Of a stretch of 64,000 bases of DNA, positions 18,378 to 27,725 are shown one piece after another. The DNA comes from Herbiconiux sp. GTDB taxonomy: Bacteria > Actinomycetota > Actinomycetes > Actinomycetales > Microbacteriaceae. The first letter of the stretch is position 1, and each line of letters begins with the position of its first letter. The stretch is from NCBI RefSeq assembly GCF_004297105.1, contig NZ_SCVE01000018.1, positions 12,668 to 76,667 of the forward strand, written 5' to 3'. A program made the translations under genes and the position numbers. The notes below the pieces were generated by a model, which worked only from the letters and a program-made list of their open reading frames with translations, was not told the origin of the DNA and searched no databases.

Positions 18378-19190
18378 TCATGCGGTTCGGCGATAAGGAG
18401 TGGTGGTCGAGATCGGGTGCAGGCCCGCGCGCTCGAGGATGGGGCGCGAGAAGTCGGTGGAGTCGCTGTGGATGAGAGTCTTTCCGAGCGCGATCGCCGA
18501 ACGGGCTCGCGCCGCCGTCAGAGCGCGATAGACGCCCCGGCCACGCCACTCGGGCAGGGTCGCGCCGCCCCAGATACCCGCGAACTCGGAGTCGCGCACC
18601 GGCTCGAGTCGGCCCGCGCACACGATCTGGCCGCCGCTCTCCGCCGCCCACAGCTCCATGCCGTCGCCGAGCGCCAGCCGCCGGAGGAGGGCGTCGGCCA
18701 TGTCGTCGGAGACGGGATCGCCGAAGGCGACATCCTGCATCGCACTGAGGGCGCGCACATCGACTTCCGACGTCATGCGGCGCAGCCTCACACCACCCGG
18801 GAGCGGCACGTCGACCGCGAGAGCGGATGCCTCGCCGATCATGATCGTCTCGGGGTCATCGGGCACGAAGCCGTTGTCGACCAGCGCCTCGTGCAGACCC
18901 GGAGCGGCATCGTGCCCCCGCGTCTTCCACTCGACCCGGTCGACCTCGGGCAGGGCACTGAAGTGAGCCACGGCACCGGCGACGAGGGACCGGATGCCCG
19001 CCGCATCCGACCCGCCGAGGTCGCGATACGTGATGAAACCGCGCCCTCCGGCGAAGGTGACGAGCCGCAGGGGGCCGAGACGCGTCACGGCGATCGCGCT
19101 CGGCGTCTCCGAGTCGGTGCGCAGCTGCTCGTCATAGGCGGCGAGCAGACGCGCCCTGAGCCCACCCCGCTCCGGCTCCTCGGATGTCAC
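18378..19190 (-). CDS. GNAT-family N-acetyltransferase
   Basis: 270 aa. C-terminal acetyl-CoA motif: IWGGATLPEWRGRGVYRALTAARARSA (R/Q-x-x-G-x-G/A). GTG start overlaps the dnaE stop (GTGA at 19187-19190). Confidence 0.8.
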   Translation of the reverse strand: MTSEEPERGGLRARLLAAYDEQLRTDSETPSAIAVTRLGPLRLVTFAGGRGFITYRDLGGSDAAGIRSLVAGAVAHFSALPEVDRVEWKTRGHDAAPGLHEALVDNGFVPDDPETIMIGEASALAVDVPLPGGVRLRRMTSEVDVRALSAMQDVAFGDPVSDDMADALLRRLALGDGMELWAAESGGQIVCAGRLEPVRDSEFAGIWGGATLPEWRGRGVYRALTAARARSAIALGKTLIHSDSTDFSRPILERAGLHPISTTTPYRRTA

Positions 19191-22100
19191 GCCAGGCAGT
19201 TGGGCCCCAGCAGCGACTTGAGCTCGCCGAACAGATCGGCCGTCACACTCACCGGGAACGGCACCTCGAACACCCGCACGTTGTCGTTCTTGATGAGCTT
19301 CAACCGCACCTCGGTGTCGCCCGCGTGCCGGATGAGCACATCGTTGAGCGCCTGCACCGTGTCGGTGGTGGCCTTGAACTCGGCCATCGAGATCTGCAGC
19401 GGCCCCGACGATCCCGCCGCCTGCCCGAGATCGGGCTGGAAGAGGCTGAAGGCGTGCAGGTTCATGCCGTCATCGCGCAGCGACACGCGACCCCGCACCA
19501 CCACGATGGCGTCGTTCGTGAGCGCCGGGCCGAACTCCTGGTAGGTCTTGCCCATGAACATGGCCGTGATCTCGCCGTTGAAGTCTTCGACCGTGATCAT
19601 GCCGTACTGGTTGCCCGAGTTCTTCGCCACCCGGTGCTGCACCGACGTGATGAGCCCGGCCACCGTCACCTGGTCGCCGTCTTGCGTGTGCTCGCTCTCG
19701 AGCAGGTCGAGGATCGACGTCGACGCCACCTTCGCCAGCGGGATCTCGAGCCCGGCGAGCGGGTGATCCGACACGTAGAGGCCGAGCATGTCGCGCTCGA
19801 AGGCCAGCTTGTCGCGCTTCGCCCACTCGGGCCGCACGGGGATGTCGTGCACCTCTTCGGGCGCGTCCCACAGCGAGTCGAAGTCGAAGCCCACCTGGCC
19901 GTTGGCCTCGTTGCGCTTCTCGGAGACGGCATTGTCGATCATCGCCTCGTGCACCTCGATGAGTGCGCGCCGGGTCGAGCCGAGCGAGTCGAACGCACCC
20001 GCCTTGATGAGCGACTCGATGGTGCGCTTGTTCGTGGCGGCGAGCGGGATCTTCTTGAGGAAGTCGCCGAACGAGGTGAAGGCACCCTTCTCCTCACGCG
20101 CGGTGCGGATGAGCTCCACCACGTTCATGCCGACGTTGCGCACCGCCCCCATACCGAAACGGATGTCGGTGTCGACGGCGGTGAAGAACCCGATCGACTC
20201 GTTCACATCAGGCGGCAGCACCTTGATGCCCATGCGGCGGCACTCGGAGAGGTACAGCGCCATCTTGTCTTTCGAGTCGCCGACGCTCGTCAGCAGCGCC
20301 GCCATGTACTCGGCGGGGTAGTGGGCCTTGAGGTAGGCGGTCCAGTACGAGATGACGCCGTAGGCCGCCGAGTGCGCCTTGTTGAAGGCGTAGTCGGAGA
20401 AGGGCAGCAGGATGTCCCAGAGCGTCTTCACCGCCGCCTCCGAGTACCCGTTGGCGTGCATGCCGGCGCTGAAGCCCTCGTACTGCTTGTCGAGCTCCGA
20501 CTTCTTCTTCTTGCCCATCGCGCGGCGCAGCAGGTCGGCTTGGGCGAGCGTGAAGCCGGCGAGCTTCTGCGCGATCGACATCACCTGCTCCTGGTACACG
20601 ATGAGGCCGTACGTACCGCCCAGCACCTCGAGCAGCGGCTCCGCGAGCTCGGGGTGGATGGGCGTGATCGCCTGGATCCCGTTCTTGCGCAGCGCGTAGT
20701 TGGTGTGCGAGTCCGCACCCATCGGCCCCGGCCGGTAGAGCGCGAGCACGGCTGAGATGTCTTCGAAGTTGTCGGGCTTCATCAGCCGCAGCAGCCCGCG
20801 CATGGGGCCGCCATCCAGCTGGAAGACGCCGAGCGTGTCGCCGCGCGCGAGCAGGTCGTACGACGCCTTGTCGTCGAGCGCCAGGTCTTCCAGAACGAGG
20901 TGTTCACCGCGGTTGGCCCGGATGTTGTCGAGCGCGTCGTCGATGATCGTGAGGTTGCGAAGCCCCAGGAAGTCCATCTTGATGAGGCCGAGCGACTCCG
21001 CGGCGGGATAGTCGAACTGCGTGACGATCTGGCCGTCCTGCTCGCGCTTCATGATGGGGATGATGTCGATGAGCGGGTCGCTCGACATGATGACGCCGGC
21101 CGCGTGCACCCCCCACTGGCGCTTGAGGTTCTCGATGCCGAGCGCCGTGTCGAACACGGTGCGCGCCTCGGGGTCGGTCTCGATGACCGTGCGGATGTCG
21201 ACGGCCTCTTTGTAGCGCGGGTGGTTCTTGTCGAAGATGCCGGAGAGCGGGATGTCTTTGCCCATGATGGGCGGCGGCATCGCCTTCGTGAGCTTCTCCC
21301 CCATGCTGAACGGGAAGCCGAGCACGCGCCCCGAGTCCTTCAGCGCCTGCTTGGCCTTGATCGTGCCGTAGGTCACGATCTGGGCCACGCGCTCGTCGCC
21401 GTACTTCTCGGTGACGTACTTGATGACCTCGCCGCGGCGACGGTCGTCGAAGTCGACGTCGAAGTCGGGCATGGAGACGCGGTCGGGGTTGAGGAACCGC
21501 TCGAAGATCAGCCCGTGCACGAGCGGGTCGAGGTCGGTGATCTTCATGGCGTAGGCGGCCATCGATCCGGCACCGGAGCCACGGCCCGGCCCCACCCGGA
21601 TGCCATTGCGCTTCGACCAGTTGATGAAGTCGGCCACCACGAGGAAGTAACCGGGGAAGCCCATGCTCTTGATGACGCCCACCTCGTAGTCGGCGCGTTC
21701 GCGCACCTCCTGCGTGACGCCGTTCGGGTAGCGCTCCTTGAGCCCCGCCTCCACCTCCTTCTCGAACCAGGTGGCCTCGGTCTCGCCCTCGGGCACCGGA
21801 TAGCGCGGCATGTAGTTGGCGTTCGTGTCGAAGGCCACCTCGCAGCGCTCGGCGATGAGCAGAGTGTTGTCGCAGGCATCCGGATAGTCGCGGAACAGCT
21901 GCCGCATCTCCTGCGCGCTCTTGAGGTAGAACTCGTCGGCGTCGAACTTGAAGCGGTTGGGGTCGCTCAGCGTCGAACCCGACTGCACGCAGAGCAGCGC
22001 GGCGTGGGATGTCGCGTCGTGCGCGTGCGTGTAGTGCAGGTCGTTGGTGGCCACGAGCTTGAGGTCGAGCTCTTTGGCCAGCCGCAGCAGATCGGGCATG

Positions 22101-22702
22101 ATGCGCCGCTCGATCTCGAGCCCGTGGTCCATGATCTCGGCGAAGAAGTTCTCTTTGCCGAAGATGTCGCGGAAGTCGGATGCGGCCTGCTTCGCAGCCT
22201 CGTACTGCCCCAGCCGGAGCCGGGTCTGGATCTCGCCCGACGGGCATCCGGTGGTGGCGATGAGCCCCTTGCCGTACTGGCTGAGCAGCTCGCGATCCAT
22301 TCGGGGCTTGAAGTAGTAGCCCTCGATCGACGCCTTCGAGCTCAGGCGGAAGAGGTTGTGCATGCCCTCCGTGGTCTCGGAGAGCAGCGTCATGTGGGTG
22401 TAGGCACCCGCGCCCGACACGTCGTCTCCCCCGCCGTTGCCCCAGCGCACGCGCGTCTTGTCGCTGCGGTGGGTGCCGGGGGTGAGATAGGCCTCCGTGC
22501 CGATGATGGGCTTGATGCCCGCCTCGGTGGCGGTGCGCCAGAAGTCGAACGCACCGAAGACGTTGCCGTGGTCGGTGACGGCGACGGCCGGCATGCCCTG
22601 CTCTTTGGCCGCCTCGATGAGCGGTTTGACTCTCGCGGCGCCATCCAGCATCGAGTATTCGCTGTGGACGTGCAGGTGCACGAAGGAGTCGTTCGAGGGC
22701 AC
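19187..22702 (-). CDS. dnaE: DNA polymerase III subunit alpha
   Basis: 1171 aa. PHP domain FVHLHVHSEYSMLDGA, AVTDHGN, polymerase core GPGRGSGAGS, DFDVDF, OB-fold C-terminus. Confidence 0.97.
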   Translation of the reverse strand: MPSNDSFVHLHVHSEYSMLDGAARVKPLIEAAKEQGMPAVAVTDHGNVFGAFDFWRTATEAGIKPIIGTEAYLTPGTHRSDKTRVRWGNGGGDDVSGAGAYTHMTLLSETTEGMHNLFRLSSKASIEGYYFKPRMDRELLSQYGKGLIATTGCPSGEIQTRLRLGQYEAAKQAASDFRDIFGKENFFAEIMDHGLEIERRIMPDLLRLAKELDLKLVATNDLHYTHAHDATSHAALLCVQSGSTLSDPNRFKFDADEFYLKSAQEMRQLFRDYPDACDNTLLIAERCEVAFDTNANYMPRYPVPEGETEATWFEKEVEAGLKERYPNGVTQEVRERADYEVGVIKSMGFPGYFLVVADFINWSKRNGIRVGPGRGSGAGSMAAYAMKITDLDPLVHGLIFERFLNPDRVSMPDFDVDFDDRRRGEVIKYVTEKYGDERVAQIVTYGTIKAKQALKDSGRVLGFPFSMGEKLTKAMPPPIMGKDIPLSGIFDKNHPRYKEAVDIRTVIETDPEARTVFDTALGIENLKRQWGVHAAGVIMSSDPLIDIIPIMKREQDGQIVTQFDYPAAESLGLIKMDFLGLRNLTIIDDALDNIRANRGEHLVLEDLALDDKASYDLLARGDTLGVFQLDGGPMRGLLRLMKPDNFEDISAVLALYRPGPMGADSHTNYALRKNGIQAITPIHPELAEPLLEVLGGTYGLIVYQEQVMSIAQKLAGFTLAQADLLRRAMGKKKKSELDKQYEGFSAGMHANGYSEAAVKTLWDILLPFSDYAFNKAHSAAYGVISYWTAYLKAHYPAEYMAALLTSVGDSKDKMALYLSECRRMGIKVLPPDVNESIGFFTAVDTDIRFGMGAVRNVGMNVVELIRTAREEKGAFTSFGDFLKKIPLAATNKRTIESLIKAGAFDSLGSTRRALIEVHEAMIDNAVSEKRNEANGQVGFDFDSLWDAPEEVHDIPVRPEWAKRDKLAFERDMLGLYVSDHPLAGLEIPLAKVASTSILDLLESEHTQDGDQVTVAGLITSVQHRVAKNSGNQYGMITVEDFNGEITAMFMGKTYQEFGPALTNDAIVVVRGRVSLRDDGMNLHAFSLFQPDLGQAAGSSGPLQISMAEFKATTDTVQALNDVLIRHAGDTEVRLKLIKNDNVRVFEVPFPVSVTADLFGELKSLLGPNCLA

Positions 22703-22827
22703 TGATTCTCCGGGAGTCTCGGCGTGGGTACCAAGTCTAAACGGCGCCGGAGGGCCTGCGTCGGCGTGTCGCGATCACGTCGCCGACCAATTCGGGTGGG
22801 CAGCGCGACATCCGTCACACCGGCCAC

Positions 22828-23784
22828 TCAGGCCTCGGGTGAGGTGCCGGGGAACGAGCTCCCCGTGAGCTCCTGGGAGACCTGCCAGACCCGGCGAGCC
22901 TCGTCCTCGCTGCGCAACCGGGAGTAGAGCGGCTGCTCTGCGGGGGCGCCGCCCAGGTGGCCGAAGCCCTTCGGTCCGTAGAACGCTCCCGAGCGGGCCT
23001 CCGGCGCCGTCGCCGCGTACAGGGCCGGGAGTGCTGCGCTCTCGGGGGTGCCGAGGAGGAGGCCGCGCGCCGACAGCCAGCGGATCAACCGCACACCGCT
23101 CGTGTCGTTCGCGCGCCCCAGCTCGGGTCGCGCCGCCAGCAGGCTCGTGGGTGCGACTCCCGGATGGGAGAGGTTGCTGCTGATCCCCCACCCGCCGGCC
23201 GCACTGCGCCGGTCGAGCTCGAGGCCGAAGAGGCCCAGCGCGATCTTCGACTGGCTGTAGGCGCGCCCTCCGTTGTAGCTGCGTTCCCAGCCGAGGTCAT
23301 CCCAGTTGATCGACCCCTGGTTCGCCGACACGCTGAGCTGCGACGTGACGCGTGCCCGGCCGGCACGGAGCAGCGGCATCAGCTCGGCGACGAGCGCGAC
23401 ATGCCCCAGGTGATTGGTGCCGAACTGGAGCTCGAAACCGTCGGCCGTGGTCTGGCGTTCGGGCGGCGTCATCACGCCGGCGTTGTTGACGAGCAGGTGG
23501 ATGGGCGCTCCCTCCGATCGGAGCGTCTCCCCGAGTGCGGCCACGGACTCGAGCGACGAGAGGTCGAGCCGGCGCACCGACACCGCCGAACCGGGGGCGT
23601 GCTCCCGGATTCGTCCGATCGCCGCCTCGCCCTTGGCAGGGTTGCGCACCGGCAGCACCACCTCCGCGCCGGCAGCAGCCAGTGCGACGGCGATGCGGAG
23701 GCCGATGCCGTCGCTTCCGCCGGTGACCACGGCACGCGTGCCGGCGAGGTCGGGGAGGGTGATGTCGATCGGGATGCGGGCCAT
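22828..23784 (-). CDS. SDR-family oxidoreductase
   Basis: Met19 of track ORF 22828..23838 ([30 protein letters not shown]). TGxxxGIG, NNAG, and YSQSK (Y-x3-K). Confidence 0.88.
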   Translation of the reverse strand: MARIPIDITLPDLAGTRAVVTGGSDGIGLRIAVALAAAGAEVVLPVRNPAKGEAAIGRIREHAPGSAVSVRRLDLSSLESVAALGETLRSEGAPIHLLVNNAGVMTPPERQTTADGFELQFGTNHLGHVALVAELMPLLRAGRARVTSQLSVSANQGSINWDDLGWERSYNGGRAYSQSKIALGLFGLELDRRSAAGGWGISSNLSHPGVAPTSLLAARPELGRANDTSGVRLIRWLSARGLLLGTPESAALPALYAATAPEARSGAFYGPKGFGHLGGAPAEQPLYSRLRSEDEARRVWQVSQELTGSSFPGTSPEA

Positions 23785-23910
23785 GAGTGCTCCTGTCGTC
23801 GGTGATGCATCGACTCTCGCCGACCTCGTGCGACTCATCCAGGACTCGCCAAGTCACTGTTCAGCGGTGCCGCCCGGCTGTATGAAGGAAGAACAACCCG
23901 AGGAGGAGCC

Positions 23911-24753
23911 GTGCCGATCGACAGAGCAGGCCTGTCCGAGTTCCTCGTGCGCCGACGCAGCGCGCTGCAGCCCGAGGATGTCGGCCTGCACCGTGGTCCG
24001 CGACGCCGCACCGAAGGCCTCCGCCGTGAAGAGGTGGCGCTGCTCGCGCACATGTCGACGGACTACTACGCCCGACTCGAGCGCGGCACAGGCCCGCATC
24101 CCTCGGAGCAGATGATCGCCTCGATCGCGCAGGGTCTGCATCTCTCCGTCGACGAGCGCGACCACCTGTTCCAGCTCGCCGGCCACCGGCCGCCGGCGCG
24201 GGGCGCGTCGAGCGATCACATCAGCCCCGGACTGCTCCGCATCCTGGATCGCTTGCAGGACACCCCGGCCGAGATCGTGACCGAGCTCGGTGAGACGCTG
24301 CGCCAGACCCCTCTGGGCGTCGCGCTCACCGGGGAGACCACCCGTTTCAGCGGGCCTTTCCGCAGCATCGGCTTCCGCTGGTTCGCCGACCCGGCGAGCC
24401 GGCGGTTGTATGCCGAGAGCGATCACGAGTTCCTGTCGCGACTGTGGGTGTCGGGTCTCCGCGAGGTGATGACCCGTCGCGGGCCCGGATCGCGCGCCGC
24501 GAGGTACGTCGAGCAGTTGCTCCCCCTCAGCGAGGAGTTCCGCGCGCTCTGGGAGCGCCACGAGGTGGGCATCCGCCCGCAGGTGGGCAAGAACTTCGTG
24601 CACCCCGAACTCGGAGCGCTCGAACTCAGCTGCCAGACCCTGATCGATCCCGTGCAGTCGCACGCGCTGCTCGTCTACACGGCCGTTCCCGGCTCGGAAT
24701 CCGATGAGAAGCTGCGACTCCTCTCCGTGATCGGCGCCCACCCGTTCGCCTGA
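23911..24753 (+). CDS. MmyB-like XRE-family transcriptional regulator (HTH + MmyB-type ligand domain)
   Basis: 280 aa. LSEFLVRRRSALQPEDVGL....RRRTEGLRREEVALLAHMSTDYYARLERG is the characteristic MmyB-like HTH. Divergent from the SDR gene. Confidence 0.82.
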   Translation: MPIDRAGLSEFLVRRRSALQPEDVGLHRGPRRRTEGLRREEVALLAHMSTDYYARLERGTGPHPSEQMIASIAQGLHLSVDERDHLFQLAGHRPPARGASSDHISPGLLRILDRLQDTPAEIVTELGETLRQTPLGVALTGETTRFSGPFRSIGFRWFADPASRRLYAESDHEFLSRLWVSGLREVMTRRGPGSRAARYVEQLLPLSEEFRALWERHEVGIRPQVGKNFVHPELGALELSCQTLIDPVQSHALLVYTAVPGSESDEKLRLLSVIGAHPFA

Positions 24754-24776
24754 CCTCCTCCACAGCAGCCGCCTTG

Positions 24777-24794
24777 ACTTCAAGCGCTTGAAGT
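24777..24794. promoter_or_regulatory. perfect 18-bp palindrome ACTTCAAGCGCTTGAAGT, candidate MerR operator
   Basis: Read directly. It ends 16 nt upstream of the MerR ATG (24811) and overlaps a TTGACT hexamer (24774-24779). Confidence 0.55.
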
Positions 24795-24810
24795 ATGGTC
24801 GACTCTCTCC

Positions 24811-25251
24811 ATGACACGAATGACCATTCAGGAGGCGTCCCGGCAGAGCGGGCTCCCCGAGCCCACACTGCGGTACTACGAAGAAGTGGGCCTCGTCGGC
24901 CCGATCGCCCGGGACGAGTCGAGCGGTCACCGCCGCTACAGCGACCACGACCTCGACACGATTCAGGCGCTCGCGTGCCTCCGCGCCATGGGCGTCGGCA
25001 TCGACGACATGCGCACCTATCAGGCGAACCGCGCCCTCGGCCAGGCCAGGGCCGGCGAGCAGCGCGATCTCCTGCTCCGCCACGCGGCGCGTGTCGAGCA
25101 GGAGCTCGAGACCTTGAGAGTCCATCTCGACTACCTCCGCTCGAAGGCCGACCTGTGGGATGCCCGGGATCGCGCGGATGCCGCCGCCGAAGCCGAGGCG
25201 CACCTGCGCGTCGAGGCGATCCTCCCCGACCTGCAGGCGGCGCTGCGATGA
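24811..25251 (+). CDS. MerR-family transcriptional regulator
   Basis: MTIQEASRQSGLPEPTLRYYEEVGLV.P..RD.SGHRRYSDHDLD..QALACLRAMG followed by a coiled coil. Confidence 0.92.
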   Translation: MTRMTIQEASRQSGLPEPTLRYYEEVGLVGPIARDESSGHRRYSDHDLDTIQALACLRAMGVGIDDMRTYQANRALGQARAGEQRDLLLRHAARVEQELETLRVHLDYLRSKADLWDARDRADAAAEAEAHLRVEAILPDLQAALR

Positions 25252-26219
25252 CCCGCGTTCTCGTCACCGGCGCGTCCGGCTACCTCGGCACCCGCCTCAT
25301 CGCCGATCTGCTCCTCAGCGGCACCGAGGTGCGCGGCACCGTGAGGTCCCGCGACAGCGAGGCCGAGATCCGGATGGCCGTGCGCCGAAGTGGAGCCGAC
25401 GACAGCGGCCTGCAGTTCGTCGAGGCGGGTCTGCTCTCCGACGACGGCTGGTCCGAGGCCGTCGCCGGCATCGAGGAGGTCTACCACCTCGCCTCCCCCA
25501 TGGTTCTGACCACCGGCCTCGATGAGGTCGTGCGCCCGGCCCGGGACGGCGCGCTGCGGGTGCTCCGCGCGGCACGCGCGGCATCCGTTCGCCGGGTGGT
25601 GCTGACCTCGTCGTTCGCGGCGGTGGGCTACTCACCGAAGCCCGTGCGCGACTACGACGAGAGCGACTGGACCGATCCTGAGACCCCGGGCCTGGCGCCC
25701 TATCCACTCTCGAAGACGCTCGCGGAGCGCGCCGCGTGGACCTTCATCGACGAGGAGGGCGACGGCATGGAGCTCGTCGTCGTGAACCCCACCTGGATCG
25801 CCGGCCCCACCCTCACGGCCACCGCGAGGTCGTCACTGCAGATGTTCACGGCGATGCTCGATGGGACGATGCAGGCCGTTCCCCGCCAGCTCTTCGGGAT
25901 CGCCGATGTGCGCGATGTCGCCGCCCTGCACATCGCTGGGATGGCGACCCCGGATGCGGCCGGCAAGCGCTATCTCGCCCTCGCCGACGGGCCCACGATG
26001 TCGTTCCTCGACGTGGCCACCGTGCTGCGCGACCGGCTCGGACCCCTCGCGCAGCGTGTGCCGACGACGGAGCTGCCGGGCGACGAACCGGCGCCCCTCG
26101 TCATCCGCAACGAGCGCGCCAAGCGCGAGCTGGGTTTCCGCCCCCGTCCGGCCGAGGACACGATCGTGGAGACGGCCGAGAGCCTGCGCGACCTCGGGAT
26201 GCTGATGCGGTCGGAGTAG
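25248..26219 (+). CDS. NAD-dependent epimerase/dehydratase-family (aldehyde/cinnamoyl-CoA-reductase-like) oxidoreductase
   Basis: Met152 of track ORF 24795..26219. ATGA overlap with the MerR stop. VLVTGASGYLG Rossmann motif, YPLSK (Y-x3-K). Confidence 0.88.
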   Translation: MTRVLVTGASGYLGTRLIADLLLSGTEVRGTVRSRDSEAEIRMAVRRSGADDSGLQFVEAGLLSDDGWSEAVAGIEEVYHLASPMVLTTGLDEVVRPARDGALRVLRAARAASVRRVVLTSSFAAVGYSPKPVRDYDESDWTDPETPGLAPYPLSKTLAERAAWTFIDEEGDGMELVVVNPTWIAGPTLTATARSSLQMFTAMLDGTMQAVPRQLFGIADVRDVAALHIAGMATPDAAGKRYLALADGPTMSFLDVATVLRDRLGPLAQRVPTTELPGDEPAPLVIRNERAKRELGFRPRPAEDTIVETAESLRDLGMLMRSE

Positions 26220-26282
26220 TACCTCGGACCTCGTGGGCCCAAAGTCCCATCGAACCTGACAGCGAGCCGAGAGTCTGGCTCC

Positions 26283-27716
26283 GTGCAAGATCTCCTGGAC
26301 CCCCTCATCCTGTCTCGTTGGCAGTTCGGCCTCACCACGATCTATCACTTCTTGTTCGTGCCGCTCACCATCGGTCTGGCCACCACCACGGCCGTCTTCC
26401 AGACCGTGTGGGTTCGTACGAACAAGGAGAAGTACCTCAGACTCACCCGCTTCATCGGCAAGATCTTCCTGATCAACTTCGCCATGGGCGTCGTGACCGG
26501 CATCGTGCAGGAGTTCCAGTTCGGCATGAACTGGAGCGACTACTCGCGTTTCGTGGGCGATGTCTTCGGTGCCCCGCTCGCGATGGAGGGCTTGCTCGCA
26601 TTCTTCCTCGAGGCCACCTTCATCGGGCTCTGGATCTTCGGCTGGAACCGATTGCCGAGGCGCGTGCACCTGGCCACGATCTGGCTCACCGCCGTCGCAT
26701 CGATCCTGTCGGCGTACTTCATCATCGCGGCCAACGCGTTCATGCAGAATCCGGTGGGCTATCAGATCAACGAGGGCCGGGGAAGGGCCGAGCTCACCGA
26801 CATCTGGGCGGTCGTCACCAACAAGGTGGCGCTCGCCGCCTTCCCGCACACGATCGTGGCGTGCTTCATGGTGAGCGCCGCTCTGCTGATCGCGGTGGCC
26901 TGCTATCACCTCTACCGCAACCAGCACCTCGACGTCATGCGGCCGCTGCTGAAGTTCAGCCTCTGGACGATGGTGGGCGCCGGCATCCTCACCGTGCTGA
27001 CCGGCGATCAGCTCGGGCTCGCGATGGTGCAGACGCAGCCGATGAAGATGGCGGCGGCTGAGGCGCTCTACACCACCTCGACGGGGGCGGATGCATCCTT
27101 CTCGATCTTCACGCTCGGCACTCCGGATGGCACGAGCGAACTGTTCTCGATCCGCATCCCCTACCTGCTCTCGTTCCTCTCGACGCACACGCTCGACGGC
27201 ACGGTGGAGGGCATCAACGACCTCCAGGCGCAGTACACGCAGCTCTACGGGCCGGGTGACTACTCGCCGACGATCTGGGTCACCTACTGGGCCTTCCGGT
27301 GGATGATCGGCCTGGGACTCGTGTCGGTGGTGACCGCGATCACGGGACTGTTCCTCACCCGCAAGGGCCGCAGCCCGAAGCACCGCTGGATGTGGCGGGT
27401 GGGCATCTGGGCCTTCCCGCTGCCGCTCGCGGCCATGATCATGGGGTGGATCTTCACCGAGATGGGGAGGCAGCCGTGGATCGTGTTCAGCCTGCTGAAG
27501 ACCTCGGATGCCGTGTCGCCGAACATCACCGGCGTCGACGTGCTGATCTCCCTCATCGTGTTCACCCTTCTGTATGGGGCTCTCGCGGTCGTCGAGTTCG
27601 GGTTGATCAAGCGTGCGGCCCAGAAAGGTCCCGAGCCCGCCGCCGTGGACGACCCGGATCACGACGACGCCTCTGCCTCCGGCGACCGCCCGCCCCTGCC
27701 CTCGACGGTCTACTAG
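26283..27716 (+). CDS. cydA: cytochrome bd ubiquinol oxidase subunit I
   Basis: GTG start. LSRWQFGLTTIYHFLFVPLTIGLA, GVVTGIVQEFQFGMNWS, Q-loop, MGWIFTEMGRQPW. Confidence 0.96.
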   Translation: MQDLLDPLILSRWQFGLTTIYHFLFVPLTIGLATTTAVFQTVWVRTNKEKYLRLTRFIGKIFLINFAMGVVTGIVQEFQFGMNWSDYSRFVGDVFGAPLAMEGLLAFFLEATFIGLWIFGWNRLPRRVHLATIWLTAVASILSAYFIIAANAFMQNPVGYQINEGRGRAELTDIWAVVTNKVALAAFPHTIVACFMVSAALLIAVACYHLYRNQHLDVMRPLLKFSLWTMVGAGILTVLTGDQLGLAMVQTQPMKMAAAEALYTTSTGADASFSIFTLGTPDGTSELFSIRIPYLLSFLSTHTLDGTVEGINDLQAQYTQLYGPGDYSPTIWVTYWAFRWMIGLGLVSVVTAITGLFLTRKGRSPKHRWMWRVGIWAFPLPLAAMIMGWIFTEMGRQPWIVFSLLKTSDAVSPNITGVDVLISLIVFTLLYGALAVVEFGLIKRAAQKGPEPAAVDDPDHDDASASGDRPPLPSTVY

Positions 27717-27725
27717 GAGATTCCG

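Noticed and set aside
24774-24799. TTGACT / TATGGT as a -35/-10 pair for the MerR gene.
   Set aside because: The spacer is only 14 nt, incompatible with sigma70-type (16-19 nt) or MerR-type (19-20 nt) promoters. Only the palindrome is reported.
23854-25203. 449-aa minus-strand ORF.
   Set aside because: It is antisense to the MmyB-like and MerR regulator genes, both of which have clear HTH signatures.
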